Source of the DNA: an uncultured Gemmatimonadales bacterium | Lineage (GTDB): Bacteria; Gemmatimonadota; Gemmatimonadetes; Longimicrobiales; RSA9 | Length of the DNA stretch: 64,000 bases | Direction: 5' to 3' | Assembly (NCBI GenBank): GCA_963798845.1 | Contig: CAWCUS010000004.1 | Coordinates: 192,001 to 256,000, forward strand | Shown here: positions 52,232-62,451 of the stretch, in pieces | Layout of the letters: each line of letters opens with the position of its first letter | How positions within the stretch are numbered: position 1 is the first letter of the stretch | Made by a program: the position numbers and the translations under genes | Notes under the pieces: model-generated | What the model saw: only the letters and a program-made list of their open reading frames with translations | What the model was told of the DNA's origin: nothing | Databases searched by the model: none

Positions 52232-52989
52232 TGACCGGCGCAGCGATCAGGCCGGTGATCGCCGGCAACTGGAAGATGCACAAGGGCCCCGATGCCGCCC
52301 GCCGCTTCTGCCGGGAGTTCGCCCAGGTGGTGGCGCCGGCCGCAGACCGCTCCATCGTGCTGTTCCCACCCGCCCTCTCGCTCACCACCGTGCGCGACGG
52401 CCTGGCGGAGCACCACATCGGCCTCGGCGTGCAGAACATCCACTGGGAAGCGCAGGGGGCGTTCACGGGGGAGATCTCCGCGCCGATGGCCCGGGAAGCT
52501 GGTGCCCGCTTCGCCCTGGTCGGCCACTCCGAGCGGCGCCACGTGTTCGGCGAGACCGACGAGGAGGCCGGTCGAAAGGTCGCCGCCGCCACCGGCGCCG
52601 GGCTCACCCCCGTCCTGTGCGTCGGCGAGACGATCGAAGAGCGCCGTGCCGGACGGCTGGCGGAGGTCATCCTCCGCCAGCTCGATGCCGGCATCGCCGG
52701 CTTGGACGATGACGCCATGGCCGCCATGATCCTCGCCTACGAGCCCGTGTGGGCGATCGGCACCGGGGAGACCGCCACGCCCGCCGACGCCGCCGACGCC
52801 CACGGCCGCCTGCGGGCGCGCCTGCGTGACCGGCTCCGCGAGCGCGCGGATCGCGTGCCGATCCTCTATGGCGGCTCCGTGAAACCAGTGAACGCACGCG
52901 AGCTGCTCGACGCGTCCGACGTGGACGGCGTGCTCGTGGGCGGCGCGAGCCTCGACCCCCGGGATTTCGCGAAGATCGCGGCCGCGTGA
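52231..52989 (+). CDS. tpiA: Triosephosphate isomerase
   Basis: AGNWKM, GHSERR, AYEPVWAIGTG, YGGSV. Confidence 0.97.
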   Translation: MTGAAIRPVIAGNWKMHKGPDAARRFCREFAQVVAPAADRSIVLFPPALSLTTVRDGLAEHHIGLGVQNIHWEAQGAFTGEISAPMAREAGARFALVGHSERRHVFGETDEEAGRKVAAATGAGLTPVLCVGETIEERRAGRLAEVILRQLDAGIAGLDDDAMAAMILAYEPVWAIGTGETATPADAADAHGRLRARLRDRLRERADRVPILYGGSVKPVNARELLDASDVDGVLVGGASLDPRDFAKIAAA

Positions 52990-53105
52990 TCCGGACTGCG
53001 GCGTGCGTCGGGCAGCCGGGGAGCGGGAGTCGTGGTTGACACGGCTCCATCAGCCGGCGACCTTAATCTGCTGTACTCTCAACCCATCGAAAGACGAGTA
53101 GCGCT

Positions 53106-53540
53106 GTGTTCGGAATCCTTCTTTCGCTTCTGCTGATCGACGGCGTGTTCCTCGTCGTGGTAGTGCTGCTGCAGTCCGGAAAAGGCGGCGGCCTTGCCGC
53201 GATGGGCGGTGGCGCGAGCACGGACATGTTCATGGGGAGCCGGCAGGCGGCCAACGTGCTGACCAAGAGCACGTGGGTGACGGGCGGGATCTTCCTGCTC
53301 CTGGCGATCGTGCTGTCGGTGCTGTCGACCCGGCGGCAGAACCCGACGCCGTTGCTGCAGCAGGAGTTCCAGCAGCAGCAGACGGCGCCCGCTGCGCCGC
53401 AGCCGCTGGTGCCGAACGCGGGGGAGGCGCCGGCCGGTGAGGGGAGCGGCGGGGTGCCCGGCGTGAACGGCGGGGCCGGGCAGCCGGAGAACCCGGCGGG
53501 GCAGAGCCCCCAGGGTGCCGGGACGCCCCCGGGGCGGTAG
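53106..53540 (+). CDS. secG: Preprotein translocase subunit SecG
   Basis: VLLQSGKGGGL, two TM helices, follows tpiA. Confidence 0.92.
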   Translation: MFGILLSLLLIDGVFLVVVVLLQSGKGGGLAAMGGGASTDMFMGSRQAANVLTKSTWVTGGIFLLLAIVLSVLSTRRQNPTPLLQQEFQQQQTAPAAPQPLVPNAGEAPAGEGSGGVPGVNGGAGQPENPAGQSPQGAGTPPGR

Positions 53541-53543
53541 TCG

Positions 53544-54632
53544 GTGGCCCCGGGCGGGATCGCCGAGCGTGGAGAGTCGAGAGCGTCAGAAGACGGAGCG
53601 GCAGGCCTGGGGCGGGAAGCGCTCCGGGAGCTGTACTACTGGCTGCAGCTGACGCGGCAGGTCGAGAGCGCGCTCACGAACCTGTACAGACAGAACAAGG
53701 TAATCGGCGGTCTCTACCGCTCGCTCGGCCAGGAGGCCGGTGCGGTGGGGACCGCTTATGCGTTGCGGCGCAGGACGGACGGAACGGGGGACGTGATGTC
53801 GCCGGCGATCCGTGACCTGGGCGCGATGCTGATGATGGGCGCGGATGCGGCCGACGTCATGAAGCAGTACATGGCGAAGGCGGGCGGCCCGACCGGAGGC
53901 CGCGAAACGAACGTCCACTTCTCGGATCCCGCGCGTGGCTACATCGGTCTGATCTCCCATCTGGGGGTGATGGTCGGGGTGATGGCGGGCGTGGCGCTGT
54001 CGTTCAGGGTGCGGGGCGAAGACCGGGTGGCGCTGGTGTACAGCGGAGACGGCATGACCTCGACGGGCGGGTTCCACGAGGGGTTCAACCTGGCTGCGGT
54101 GCAGAAGCTCCCGCTCATCGTGGTGGTGGAGAGCAACGGCTACGCCTACTCCACGCCGACGCACCGGCAGTCGGCGGTCTCCTCGTTCGTGGAGAAGGCA
54201 GAGGGCTACGGCGTGCGGGGGGAGCAGGTGGACGGGAACGACGTGCTGGCGGTGCACGCGGCCACGGTCCGGGCGGTGGAGCATGCCCGGGGCGGTGGCG
54301 GCCCCACGCTGCTGGAGCTGCTGACGTACCGGCGAAAGGGGCACGCGGAGCACGACGCACAGAAGTACGTCCCGGTCGGGGAGCTCGAGACGTGGGAGGC
54401 TCGCGATCCCGTGTCGCGCTACGAGGCGCACCTGCTCGGCGGGGGCCACGCGACCGCGGCGGAGCTGGAGCGGATCCGCGAGCGGGTGAAGGGGGAGGTG
54501 GAGGCCGCGCGGGACGAGGCGGAGGCATCGCCGATGCCCGGGCCCACGTCCGGCGTGGATGGCGTGTATGGCGATGCTCCGGGGTGGATCCCCTGGACGC
54601 GCCGTGAACCGAACGAACCGCGCGAGGCTTGA
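53544..54632 (+). CDS. 2-oxoacid dehydrogenase E1 alpha subunit
   Basis: GQEA, GDG..N TPP motif, VDGND, YR..GH..HD. Confidence 0.9.
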   Translation: MAPGGIAERGESRASEDGAAGLGREALRELYYWLQLTRQVESALTNLYRQNKVIGGLYRSLGQEAGAVGTAYALRRRTDGTGDVMSPAIRDLGAMLMMGADAADVMKQYMAKAGGPTGGRETNVHFSDPARGYIGLISHLGVMVGVMAGVALSFRVRGEDRVALVYSGDGMTSTGGFHEGFNLAAVQKLPLIVVVESNGYAYSTPTHRQSAVSSFVEKAEGYGVRGEQVDGNDVLAVHAATVRAVEHARGGGGPTLLELLTYRRKGHAEHDAQKYVPVGELETWEARDPVSRYEAHLLGGGHATAAELERIRERVKGEVEAARDEAEASPMPGPTSGVDGVYGDAPGWIPWTRREPNEPREA

Positions 54633-55753
54633 TGGCCAAGACCGGCTCGAAGAAGGGAACGGCCGGCGCCCGCCAGGAAGCGGCCGGCGCAGACAACGGC
54701 GGCAGCCCCGGCTCGCCGGAGAATCCGGCCGCGATGCCCGAGAAGCCGGACCACGTTCGCCAGAGCGAGCGAGGCGAGCCGGTCACGATGCTGGAAGCGA
54801 TCCGCGAAGGTCTGTGGGAAGAGATGGTCCGCGACCCGAACGTGTTCCTGCTGGGTGAGGACATTGGCGCCTACGGCGGCGCCTTCAAGATGACCGACGG
54901 CTTCATCGAGTTTTTCGGTGAAGCGCGGGTGGTGGACACACCGATCAGCGAGGCGGGCTTCACGGGGGCCGCGGCGGGAGCGGCCCACATGGGGCTCCGC
55001 CCCGTGGTGGAGATGCAGTTCATGGATTTCGTGAGCTGCGCATACGAGCCGCTGACCAATTACATCGCCACCGCGCGCTGGCGGAAGGCCGGTGCGTTGC
55101 CCATGGTCATCCGTGGTCCGGTGGGTGGCGGCGTGCGAGGCGGCCCGTTCCACTCGCAGAATCCGGAAATGGCGTTCTTTCACACACCCGGACTCAAGAT
55201 CGTGTACCCGAGCACGGCCAGGGACGCCAAGGGGCTGCTGAAGGCGGCCATCCGGGACGAGGACCCCGTGCTGTTCTTCGAGCACAAGAAGCTCTACCGG
55301 GCCCCGTTCCTGCGTGAGGTGCTGCCGGCGGACGACTGCGTCGTTCAGCTGGGCGAGGCGAGGATCCACCGGGAGGGGACGGACCTCACGATCGTCACGT
55401 ACGGCAACATGGTCCACGAGAGCCAGAAGGCCGCCGAGCAGCTGGCCGAGGACGGGATCGAGATCGAGATCCTGGACCTGCGCTCGCTGATCCCCCTGGA
55501 CGAGGAAGCCATCGTCGCCAGCGTGAAGAAGACCAACCGGCTTCTGGTGGTCCACGAGGACACGCGCACGGGCGGGCTCGCGGGTGAGATCGCGATACGC
55601 GTCAGCGAGCGCGCCTTCGAGTGGCTCGATGCTCCGGTACTGCGCGTGACCGCGCTGGATACGCCCGTGCCCTACGCGCCGCCGCTGGAGGACTATTTTC
55701 TGCCGCACGTGGAGGATATCGTGACGGCGGGGCGATACCTGGTCGGGTACTGA
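54632..55753 (+). CDS. 2-oxoacid dehydrogenase E1 beta subunit
   Basis: GEDIG.YGG.F, DTPISE, EMQFMDF, HSQ, FEHK. Confidence 0.92.
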   Translation: MAKTGSKKGTAGARQEAAGADNGGSPGSPENPAAMPEKPDHVRQSERGEPVTMLEAIREGLWEEMVRDPNVFLLGEDIGAYGGAFKMTDGFIEFFGEARVVDTPISEAGFTGAAAGAAHMGLRPVVEMQFMDFVSCAYEPLTNYIATARWRKAGALPMVIRGPVGGGVRGGPFHSQNPEMAFFHTPGLKIVYPSTARDAKGLLKAAIRDEDPVLFFEHKKLYRAPFLREVLPADDCVVQLGEARIHREGTDLTIVTYGNMVHESQKAAEQLAEDGIEIEILDLRSLIPLDEEAIVASVKKTNRLLVVHEDTRTGGLAGEIAIRVSERAFEWLDAPVLRVTALDTPVPYAPPLEDYFLPHVEDIVTAGRYLVGY

Positions 55754-55879
55754 GGGGGACCCGGGAGCCAGCGTCCGGAGACGGGCACAGGGGGCGTGAA
55801 ATCGAGGCCGCGAGCCGTCGCACGAAGGGCCGGCGACGGGGAAGCGGAGGCCGAAGAGAACTGCGAAACGGAATCCACG

Positions 55880-57313
55880 ATGCCGAAGATCGAAGTCCCG
55901 ATGCCGCAGATGGGGGAGTCCATCGCCGAAGGCACCGTCTCGCGCTGGCTCAAGCAGCCGGGCGATGCCGTCGAGCGGGACGAGCCGATCCTGGAGATCT
56001 CGACGGACAAGGTGGACGCGGAGATTCCCGCGCCCTCCGCCGGCACGCTGGTCGACATCCAGGTACAGGAAGGCGAGACGGTGGAAGTGGGGACGGTCGT
56101 CGCCTTCATCGACACGGAGGGCGGAGCGGGGGCCGCTCAGCCGAAGGCGGCCGCCGGGGCGGCGGTAGCCGAGGGGCAGGCGGCGCCGGAAGCGGAACCG
56201 GCTGAGGCGCCCGCGCCGGCGCCCGAGGCGGGGGCGGGTGGCGAGGCGAAGCCGTCGAAGCCGGAGCGCGAGCCGGCGGTGGCCACGGCGCCTTCGGGGA
56301 ATGGGGGTGGTGAGGAAACGGCGGACGAGCGGCTGCGGCGTCGGTCGACGCCGCTGGTGCGGCGGATCGCGGCGGAGCACGACGTGGACCTGTCGCAGGT
56401 GGAGGGCTCGGGGCGGGCCGGGCGCGTGACGAAGCAGGACGTTATGGCCTTCCTGGACCAGCGGGAGGAGGCGCCGGCGGCGGAGCCATCGAAGCCGGGC
56501 GCGCAGCCTTCGAAGCAGCCGGCCGGTGCGCCGGCGGGCGGGGCGATGGGTGCGGACGAGCTGTGGCGGCGGTTCTACGGCGAGGTGCAGCACCCGGAGT
56601 GGCCGGTGCGAGAAGGGGACCGGGTGGAGAAGATGGATCGGATCCGTCGTCTGACGGCGGACCACATGGTCCTGGCGAAGCGCGTGGCGCCGCACGTCCA
56701 CTCCTTCATCGAGGTAGACTTCACGCGCGTGGACCGGATCAGGAAGGCGAACAAGGCGAAGTGGACCGCGGAGGGGAACAAGGTCAGCTTCACTGCCTTC
56801 GTGGGCTGGGCCGTGGCGAAGGCGCTGCGGGAGTTCCCGCACGTGAACGGCACGGTGTCTGGCGAAAACCTGATCTTCCGGGGCAGCATCAACATCGGGA
56901 TCGCTGTGGACCTGGACCCGGGGCTGATCGTGCCGGTCGTGCGGAACGCCGAGGAGCTGACGCTGGTGGGGATCGCCAAGCGGATCGCCGACCTGGCGGG
57001 CCGCGCCCGGGCTCGGAAGCTGAAGCCGGACGAGATCCAGGGCGCGACGTTCTCCATCACGAACCCGGGCGTGCTCGGCACGTACGTGGGGATGCCGATC
57101 ATCCCGGAGGGGACGGCGGCGATCCTGGGGACGGGAAGCATAGAGAAGCGCCCGGTCGTCGTCGAAGTGGATGGCGCGGACAGCATCGCGATCCGGCTCC
57201 GCTGCATGTTCTCCCTCGGCTACGACCACCGCATCGTGGACGGCGCGGACGCGGCGCGCTTCCTGGCGCGGGTGAAGGAGATCCTGGAAACGTTCCCGGA
57301 GGAGGCGGCGTAG
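55880..57313 (+). CDS. 2-oxoacid dehydrogenase E2 (dihydrolipoamide acyltransferase)
   Basis: One lipoyl domain (STDKV), E3-binding GSG.AGRV, DHRIVDG. Confidence 0.93.
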   Translation: MPKIEVPMPQMGESIAEGTVSRWLKQPGDAVERDEPILEISTDKVDAEIPAPSAGTLVDIQVQEGETVEVGTVVAFIDTEGGAGAAQPKAAAGAAVAEGQAAPEAEPAEAPAPAPEAGAGGEAKPSKPEREPAVATAPSGNGGGEETADERLRRRSTPLVRRIAAEHDVDLSQVEGSGRAGRVTKQDVMAFLDQREEAPAAEPSKPGAQPSKQPAGAPAGGAMGADELWRRFYGEVQHPEWPVREGDRVEKMDRIRRLTADHMVLAKRVAPHVHSFIEVDFTRVDRIRKANKAKWTAEGNKVSFTAFVGWAVAKALREFPHVNGTVSGENLIFRGSINIGIAVDLDPGLIVPVVRNAEELTLVGIAKRIADLAGRARARKLKPDEIQGATFSITNPGVLGTYVGMPIIPEGTAAILGTGSIEKRPVVVEVDGADSIAIRLRCMFSLGYDHRIVDGADAARFLARVKEILETFPEEAA

Positions 57314-57375
57314 GCGCTCGCGTTCGGGTCGCGTGGAGCGCGGCCTTGCAGACGCGTGCAGCCGGGATAGGGCAG

Positions 57376-58119
57376 ATGAATCGAAGGACCACGACCGGTG
57401 AGGCCGGGGAGCGGACCCTGGAGGTCCGGCGCCTCGGCCTCATCTCGTACGCGGACGGGCTGGCGCTGCAGGAGCGCCTCATCCGGGAGCGGCGGGCGGG
57501 CGAGGTCCCGGATCAGCTGCTCCTGCTGGAGCATCCGCACGTGATCACGCTGGGGACGGCGGCGGACGCGAACCACGTGCTGCTGGACGAGGCCGAACGG
57601 CGCCTGATGGGGATCGAGCTCTTCGACACCGGGCGCGGGGGTGACGTCACCTACCACGGCCCCGGGCAGCTGGTGGGCTATCCGATCCTGGACCTGAAGC
57701 CGGACCGGAAGGATCTGCACCGGTACGTGCGCGATCTGGAGGAAGCTCTGATCCGCGCAATGGCGGCATTCGGGATCCTGGGCGGCCGAAAGGAAGGGCT
57801 GACGGGGGTCTGGGCCGGCGACGACAAGCTGGCCGCCATCGGCGTCCGGGTCTCGAGCCGGTGGATCACGTCGCACGGCTTCGCCCTGAACGTGGCCACC
57901 GACCTGGATTTCTTCGATGCCATCGTGCCGTGCGGGATCCGCGACTTCGGCGTCACGTCGATGGCGCGGCTGCTGGGCCGCGGGCCGGGGATGCGTGCCG
58001 TGGAGGAGGCGGTAGTGGAAGCGGTATCGGGAGTCTTCGGCCGGTCCCCTCGCGCCCGCAACGCTTCGGATCAGGGCGCGGGCACGGGGTTGAAGGGCTC
58101 ATCGTCGGCCGGCGGCTGA
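57376..58119 (+). CDS. lipB: Lipoyl(octanoyl) transferase
   Basis: LEHPHVITLG, RGGDVTYHGPGQ, HGFALNV, IVPCG. Confidence 0.96.
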   Translation: MNRRTTTGEAGERTLEVRRLGLISYADGLALQERLIRERRAGEVPDQLLLLEHPHVITLGTAADANHVLLDEAERRLMGIELFDTGRGGDVTYHGPGQLVGYPILDLKPDRKDLHRYVRDLEEALIRAMAAFGILGGRKEGLTGVWAGDDKLAAIGVRVSSRWITSHGFALNVATDLDFFDAIVPCGIRDFGVTSMARLLGRGPGMRAVEEAVVEAVSGVFGRSPRARNASDQGAGTGLKGSSSAGG

Positions 58120-58688
58120 AACTCGTAGAAGTCGACAAAGGCCCCGGACTTCTCCCGCTGCTCCTCGAGCCACGCGCCGAAGCCGGAATCCACGAGGCCG
58201 CCCGACGCGTCCTGCTGCTTCGCGGCGCGCACGGCGAGGTCGTTGGCGTACTCGTTCTGCGGGTGGCCGGCGTGACCGCGGACCCAGCGCCAGTCGACCT
58301 TGTGGCGCCCGGCCACGGGGAGCAGGGCCTGCCACAGGTCGGCGTTCTCCACCGGCCCCGTCTTCCGTTTCCAGCTGCGCCGGACCCAACCCGCCATCCA
58401 CTCGCGCATCCCCTTGATCAGATACTGGGAGTCGGAGGTGAAGATGACCCGGCAGGGCCGCTTCAGCGCCCGCAGGCCTTCTGTCGCGCTCCGGATGGCC
58501 ATGCGGTTGTTCGTGGTGGCGGGCTCGCTGACCCAGTAGTCGCGGCGCACCCATGCGTCGTGGCGCCAGTACTCGACCAGGCCGCCGGCGCCGCCGGGTG
58601 AGTCGCGGTCGGTGAACTGAACGCCGAGGCACGACTCGTCGGCATAGATTCGGACCAGCGGTTCGGAGCTCGGATCGGTACGGTTCAT
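58071..58688 (-). CDS. rnhA: Ribonuclease HI, atypical active site
   Basis: YADESCLG, TTNNRM, SDSQY, N.DLW, WVRGHAG..QNE. Confidence 0.85.
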   Translation of the reverse strand: MNRTDPSSEPLVRIYADESCLGVQFTDRDSPGGAGGLVEYWRHDAWVRRDYWVSEPATTNNRMAIRSATEGLRALKRPCRVIFTSDSQYLIKGMREWMAGWVRRSWKRKTGPVENADLWQALLPVAGRHKVDWRWVRGHAGHPQNEYANDLAVRAAKQQDASGGLVDSGFGAWLEEQREKSGAFVDFYEFQPPADDEPFNPVPAP

Positions 58689-58789
58689 GGGCCGGGCAAG
58701 GTAGCAGGATGGTCCGGGGGCAGAAACCGGGTCCTCCGGTGACCGGGCACTGGCCTCTGCGCGCAATCGCCGCTATCATCGCGTCGCCG

Positions 58790-59917
58790 ATGTCCCTGGA
58801 CCATCCCGAACCCGGATACCTGCTGCTCGAGGACGGCCGCGTCTTCGAGGGCGAGCTCGCCGGCGCCCACGGCGTCGCCTTGGGCGAGGTGGTGTTCAAC
58901 ACGTCGATGAGCGGGTATCAGGAGGTTCTCACCGACCCGTCCTACGCCGGCCAGATCGTCGCGATGACCTACCCGCTGATCGGCAACTACGGGATCACCG
59001 GAGCCGACGAGGAGTCCGCACACCCGCAGGTGGCCGGATTCGTGGTGCGTGAGCTGTCGCCGACGTACACGGGGTGGCGAGCGGAGGGCTCGCTGGACGC
59101 GTACCTGCGGACGAGCGGCATCACGGCGCTCACCGAGGTGGACACACGCGCCCTCACCCGCCACATCCGATCCCGTGGCGCCATGCGCGCCGGGATCGCG
59201 TCGCGGGATCTTCCGGAGTCGGCGCTGCGGGAGCGGATCGAGGCTCACCCGCAGATGGCGGGGCTCGACCTCACCGGGCAGGTCTCCACGCGACACGTGT
59301 ACGACGTCCCGGCGGCGGGCCGGGAGCGCTTCCTGGTGGTGGCGTACGACTTCGGCATCAAGCGCAATTCGCCCCGGCTGCTGGCGGAGCGAGGATGCCG
59401 GGTCCGGACGGTGCCGCGCGGCGCGTCGCCGGAGGAAGTGCTTGAGTCCGGCCTCGACGGCCTGTTCATCTCGAACGGCCCCGGCGATCCCGAGGCGGTG
59501 GCGCACGCCCTCGCGACGATCCGCGGCGCGGTGGAGCGAGGGATCCCGGTATTCGGGATCTGCCTCGGGCACCAGCTCATCGCCCGCGCGTTCGGCGGCA
59601 GCACGTACAAGCTGCTGTACGGCCACCGCGCGGCGAATCACCCGGTCCGCCGTCTCGGCGACGGGGCCGTGGAGATCACGGCGCAGAATCACGGCTTCGC
59701 GGTGCGCAGGGGAGACGGCGACGCCATCGAGGGTGCGCCGGCGCTGCGGCTCACGCACATCAACCTGAACGACGGGACGGTGGAGGGGCTCGAGCACCGC
59801 GAGCTCCCGGTGTTCAGCGTTCAGTACCACCCCGAAGCGGCGCCCGGCCCGCACGACTCGCGGTACCTGTTCGACCGCTTCGTCTCCAAAATGGCGCAAG
59901 TGCGAGGAGAGTCTTGA
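58790..59917 (+). CDS. carA: Carbamoyl-phosphate synthase small subunit
   Basis: GEVVFNT, TDPSY, SNGPGDP, GICLGHQ, QYHPE. Confidence 0.96.
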   Translation: MSLDHPEPGYLLLEDGRVFEGELAGAHGVALGEVVFNTSMSGYQEVLTDPSYAGQIVAMTYPLIGNYGITGADEESAHPQVAGFVVRELSPTYTGWRAEGSLDAYLRTSGITALTEVDTRALTRHIRSRGAMRAGIASRDLPESALRERIEAHPQMAGLDLTGQVSTRHVYDVPAAGRERFLVVAYDFGIKRNSPRLLAERGCRVRTVPRGASPEEVLESGLDGLFISNGPGDPEAVAHALATIRGAVERGIPVFGICLGHQLIARAFGGSTYKLLYGHRAANHPVRRLGDGAVEITAQNHGFAVRRGDGDAIEGAPALRLTHINLNDGTVEGLEHRELPVFSVQYHPEAAPGPHDSRYLFDRFVSKMAQVRGES

Positions 59918-59943
59918 CTTGCGCGACTCGAGCGCATTAAGGT
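59914..59943 (+). promoter_or_regulatory. Sigma70-type promoter upstream of sppA
   Basis: TTGACT-18 nt-TAAGGT. Confidence 0.4.
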
Positions 59944-59992
59944 TCTGCGTCGCGCTCTCCCGACCTAACTTCTGAATTCGCGGCGGTTTGGC

Positions 59993-60892
59993 GTGTCCCG
60001 GCGCTCACTGACCACAGCGCTCCTGGTGGGGCTGCTGTCCCTGATGACGGTGACCGGGCTCGTGCTCGCGGTCTACCGGGTCGCGGGCGGGAGCTGGGGC
60101 TTCGGTGGTCGCATCGCGCTCCTGGAGGTGCAGGGGGTGATCGGCGACGACGGCCCGTTCCTGGATGACGTGCGGCGTCTCCAGCGCGACCGCTCGGTTC
60201 GGGGGTGGGTGGTCGAGATCAACAGCCCGGGCGGAGTGGTGGCGCCGGCTCAGAGCATTCACGATCGGCTGCAGCGCCTCCGCAGCGAGAACGGCCAGCC
60301 GGTGGTGGCGTCGATCGGGGGCGTGGGCGCTTCGGGTGGCTACTACGTGGCGCTCGGCGCCGACTCGATCCTGGCGTTGCCCGGCAGCATCACCGGCTCC
60401 ATCGGGGTGATCATGGAGTATCCGAACGTGCAGGACCTGATGGACAAGGTCGGCGTCCGGATGGAGGTGGTGAAGGCGGGAAAGCAGAAGGACGTGGGGT
60501 CGCCGTTCCGCGAGCTGGAGCCCGAGGAGCGCGCGCTTCTCGATCGGATGCTGGAGGACGTGCACACGCAGTTCATCGAAGCGGTCGCGGAAGCCCGCGG
60601 GATGGCGGTGGAGCAGGTCCGACCGCTTGCAGATGGCCGGATCTTCTCGGGTCGGGAAGCGCGGAGCCTCGGGTTGGTGGACCGCCTGGGGAACCGCGAC
60701 GAGGCGATCCGCCTGGCGGGACTCATGGCCGGGCTGGGGCCCGACCCGAACATCGTCCGGCCGCCGCGGGAGCAGGGGCGATGGCTGGTGGACGCGCTGT
60801 TGGGGGAGAGCACGGTGGCGGCGCTGAGAGCGCTGACACGCGGGCCGGCGAGCGCCGGTGCGTGGCTGACCGTGAAGTACATGATCCACTGA
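59993..60892 (+). CDS. sppA: Signal peptide peptidase SppA (36K type)
   Basis: INSPGG, ASGGYY, TGSIGVI, ADGRIFSG. Confidence 0.93.
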   Translation: MSRRSLTTALLVGLLSLMTVTGLVLAVYRVAGGSWGFGGRIALLEVQGVIGDDGPFLDDVRRLQRDRSVRGWVVEINSPGGVVAPAQSIHDRLQRLRSENGQPVVASIGGVGASGGYYVALGADSILALPGSITGSIGVIMEYPNVQDLMDKVGVRMEVVKAGKQKDVGSPFRELEPEERALLDRMLEDVHTQFIEAVAEARGMAVEQVRPLADGRIFSGREARSLGLVDRLGNRDEAIRLAGLMAGLGPDPNIVRPPREQGRWLVDALLGESTVAALRALTRGPASAGAWLTVKYMIH

Positions 60893-60960
60893 GCAGGACC
60901 ACATCTGAGGATGGATCGGGGCGATGCGGCCCCGACGGACCCTGGAGGGACGGAGGCATC

Positions 60961-61266
60961 ATGACGAAGGCGGATCTCGTTGAGCAGGTGGCCGAAGCGA
61001 TCGGCCCCGGCATTACGAAGAAAGACTGTGCGCTCGTAGTGGACGGCCTGCTGAACGCCGTGAAGGCGGCGCTGGCCGAGCACGACAACATCGAGATCCG
61101 GGGCTTCGGCACCTTCAAAGTCCGGGAGCGGAAGTCGCGGGTGGCGAGGAACCCCCGGACGGGGGACCGGGTGGAGGTCCCGGCGCGCGCGGTTCCCGTG
61201 TTCAAGCCGTCGAAGGACCTGCGCGAGCAGGTGATGGAAGCGGCAGTGGCGGCCGGCAACGGCTGA
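60961..61266 (+). CDS. HU/IHF family DNA-binding protein
   Basis: MTKADLV, IRGFGTF, ARNPRTG, FKPS. Confidence 0.95.
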   Translation: MTKADLVEQVAEAIGPGITKKDCALVVDGLLNAVKAALAEHDNIEIRGFGTFKVRERKSRVARNPRTGDRVEVPARAVPVFKPSKDLREQVMEAAVAAGNG

Positions 61267-61291
61267 GGCCCACCGCTTTCACACAGTACGG

Positions 61292-61327
61292 GAGGACCCC
61301 GTCCGGCGCCCACCGGACGGGGTCCTC
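61292..61327 (+). terminator. Strong hairpin after HU gene
   Basis: 15-bp stem GAGGACCCCGTCCGG/CCGGACGGGGTCCTC; weak U tail. Confidence 0.55.
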
Positions 61328-61331
61328 GTGC

Positions 61332-61360
61332 TTAACGAAGTCGCGCCGTGCGCGGTCTGA
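61332..61360 (+). promoter_or_regulatory. Candidate autoregulatory ECF promoter
   Basis: TTAAC-18 nt-GTCTGA, 6 nt before the sigma GTG. Confidence 0.4.
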
Positions 61361-61366
61361 AGGGAA

Positions 61367-61924
61367 GTGAGCGATGCAGGGCTGGCCCAGGTGAGGGCGG
61401 ACGAACGGGATCTGGTGGCCCGTGCGCAGGCGGGTGACGAAGCGGCGCTGGACGCGCTCGTCGCCAGCCACACCCGCGCCGTCTACCAGGTGACCTACCG
61501 GATCCTCGGAGATCCGGAGCTGGCGGCCGACGCCGCCCAGGACACCTTCGTCCGGGCGGTGCGCGGGCTTCCGGGGTTCCAGGGCGAGTCGAGCTTTCGG
61601 ACGTGGCTGCTGCGCATCGCGGCGAACACGGCCCGCTCGGCGGGGCGGTGGAAGACGAGGCGGCGGGAGGTGGCGCTGGAGATGGCCGGTCCGTCGCCGG
61701 CCCCGGGGCCGAGCCCGGAGCAGAGGGCTCTCACGCAGGTGGAAGCGGAGCGGGTGACGCGAGCGCTGGCCCGGCTGCCGGAGAAGCAGCGGCTCGCGGT
61801 CAGCCTCCGCGTTTACGAGGACATGAGCCATCGGGAGATCGGCGCGGTGATCGGGTCGTCGGAGACGGCGGCGAGGGTGAACTACCATCTGGGAATCCGG
61901 AAGCTGAGAGAATGGCTGGCATGA
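61367..61924 (+). CDS. ECF RNA polymerase sigma factor
   Basis: DAAQDTF, SSFRTWLLRIA.N, LPEKQR, SHREI. Confidence 0.92.
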   Translation: MSDAGLAQVRADERDLVARAQAGDEAALDALVASHTRAVYQVTYRILGDPELAADAAQDTFVRAVRGLPGFQGESSFRTWLLRIAANTARSAGRWKTRRREVALEMAGPSPAPGPSPEQRALTQVEAERVTRALARLPEKQRLAVSLRVYEDMSHREIGAVIGSSETAARVNYHLGIRKLREWLA

Positions 61925-62451
61925 GCAGGGAGTGCGAGCTCTACACGGACGCGCTGTTGGAGCACGCGGCGGGGCGCCTGCCGACGTCCCGGGCGACGGC
62001 CGTGCAGGAGCACCTGGCCGGGTGCGCGGAGTGCCGCCAGGACATGGCGGTGCTCCAGCGTCTCCGGTCAGCGGAGAGCCCGCTCCCGGCGGGACTGGAT
62101 GCCCGAGTCCGGCGGGCCGCGCTGGCCGAGGCGGGCCGGTTGGCGGCGGAGCGGACGGCGCTGCGGGGGGCAGCGTCTCCGGCCCGCGCGCGGGGCGTTC
62201 GCCCTGCGCGGTGGATCCCCTGGGCGCTGCCGGCTGCGGCCGCAGCGGCGCTGACCCTCGTATGGTCCGGGATCATCGCGCCGGACTCGGGCGGGGTGGG
62301 ACGGGACGGTGCAGCGGAGCTCGCCGCGGCCGAGAGCTACGAGCCGTTCGGCGCGTGGCCGGCGGCGGATGGCATGGTGGCCGGCGAACCGGTGCTCACG
62401 GATCTGTCGGAGGAGCAGCTGCAGAGTCTGCTGGAGGACATGGAATCATGA
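61921..62451 (+). CDS. Zinc-binding anti-sigma factor (zf-HC)
   Basis: HLAGCAEC motif then TM helix; ATGA overlap with sigma. Confidence 0.85.
   Translation: MSRECELYTDALLEHAAGRLPTSRATAVQEHLAGCAECRQDMAVLQRLRSAESPLPAGLDARVRRAALAEAGRLAAERTALRGAASPARARGVRPARWIPWALPAAAAAALTLVWSGIIAPDSGGVGRDGAAELAAAESYEPFGAWPAADGMVAGEPVLTDLSEEQLQSLLEDMES

Noticed and set aside
53036..53070. TTGACA...TAATCT as secG promoter
   Set aside because: Spacing is about 22 nt, too long for sigma70
53544..57313. Naming E1/E2 genes pdhABC or bkdA
   Set aside because: Substrate specificity cannot be resolved by eye; a missing E3 in the operon is common
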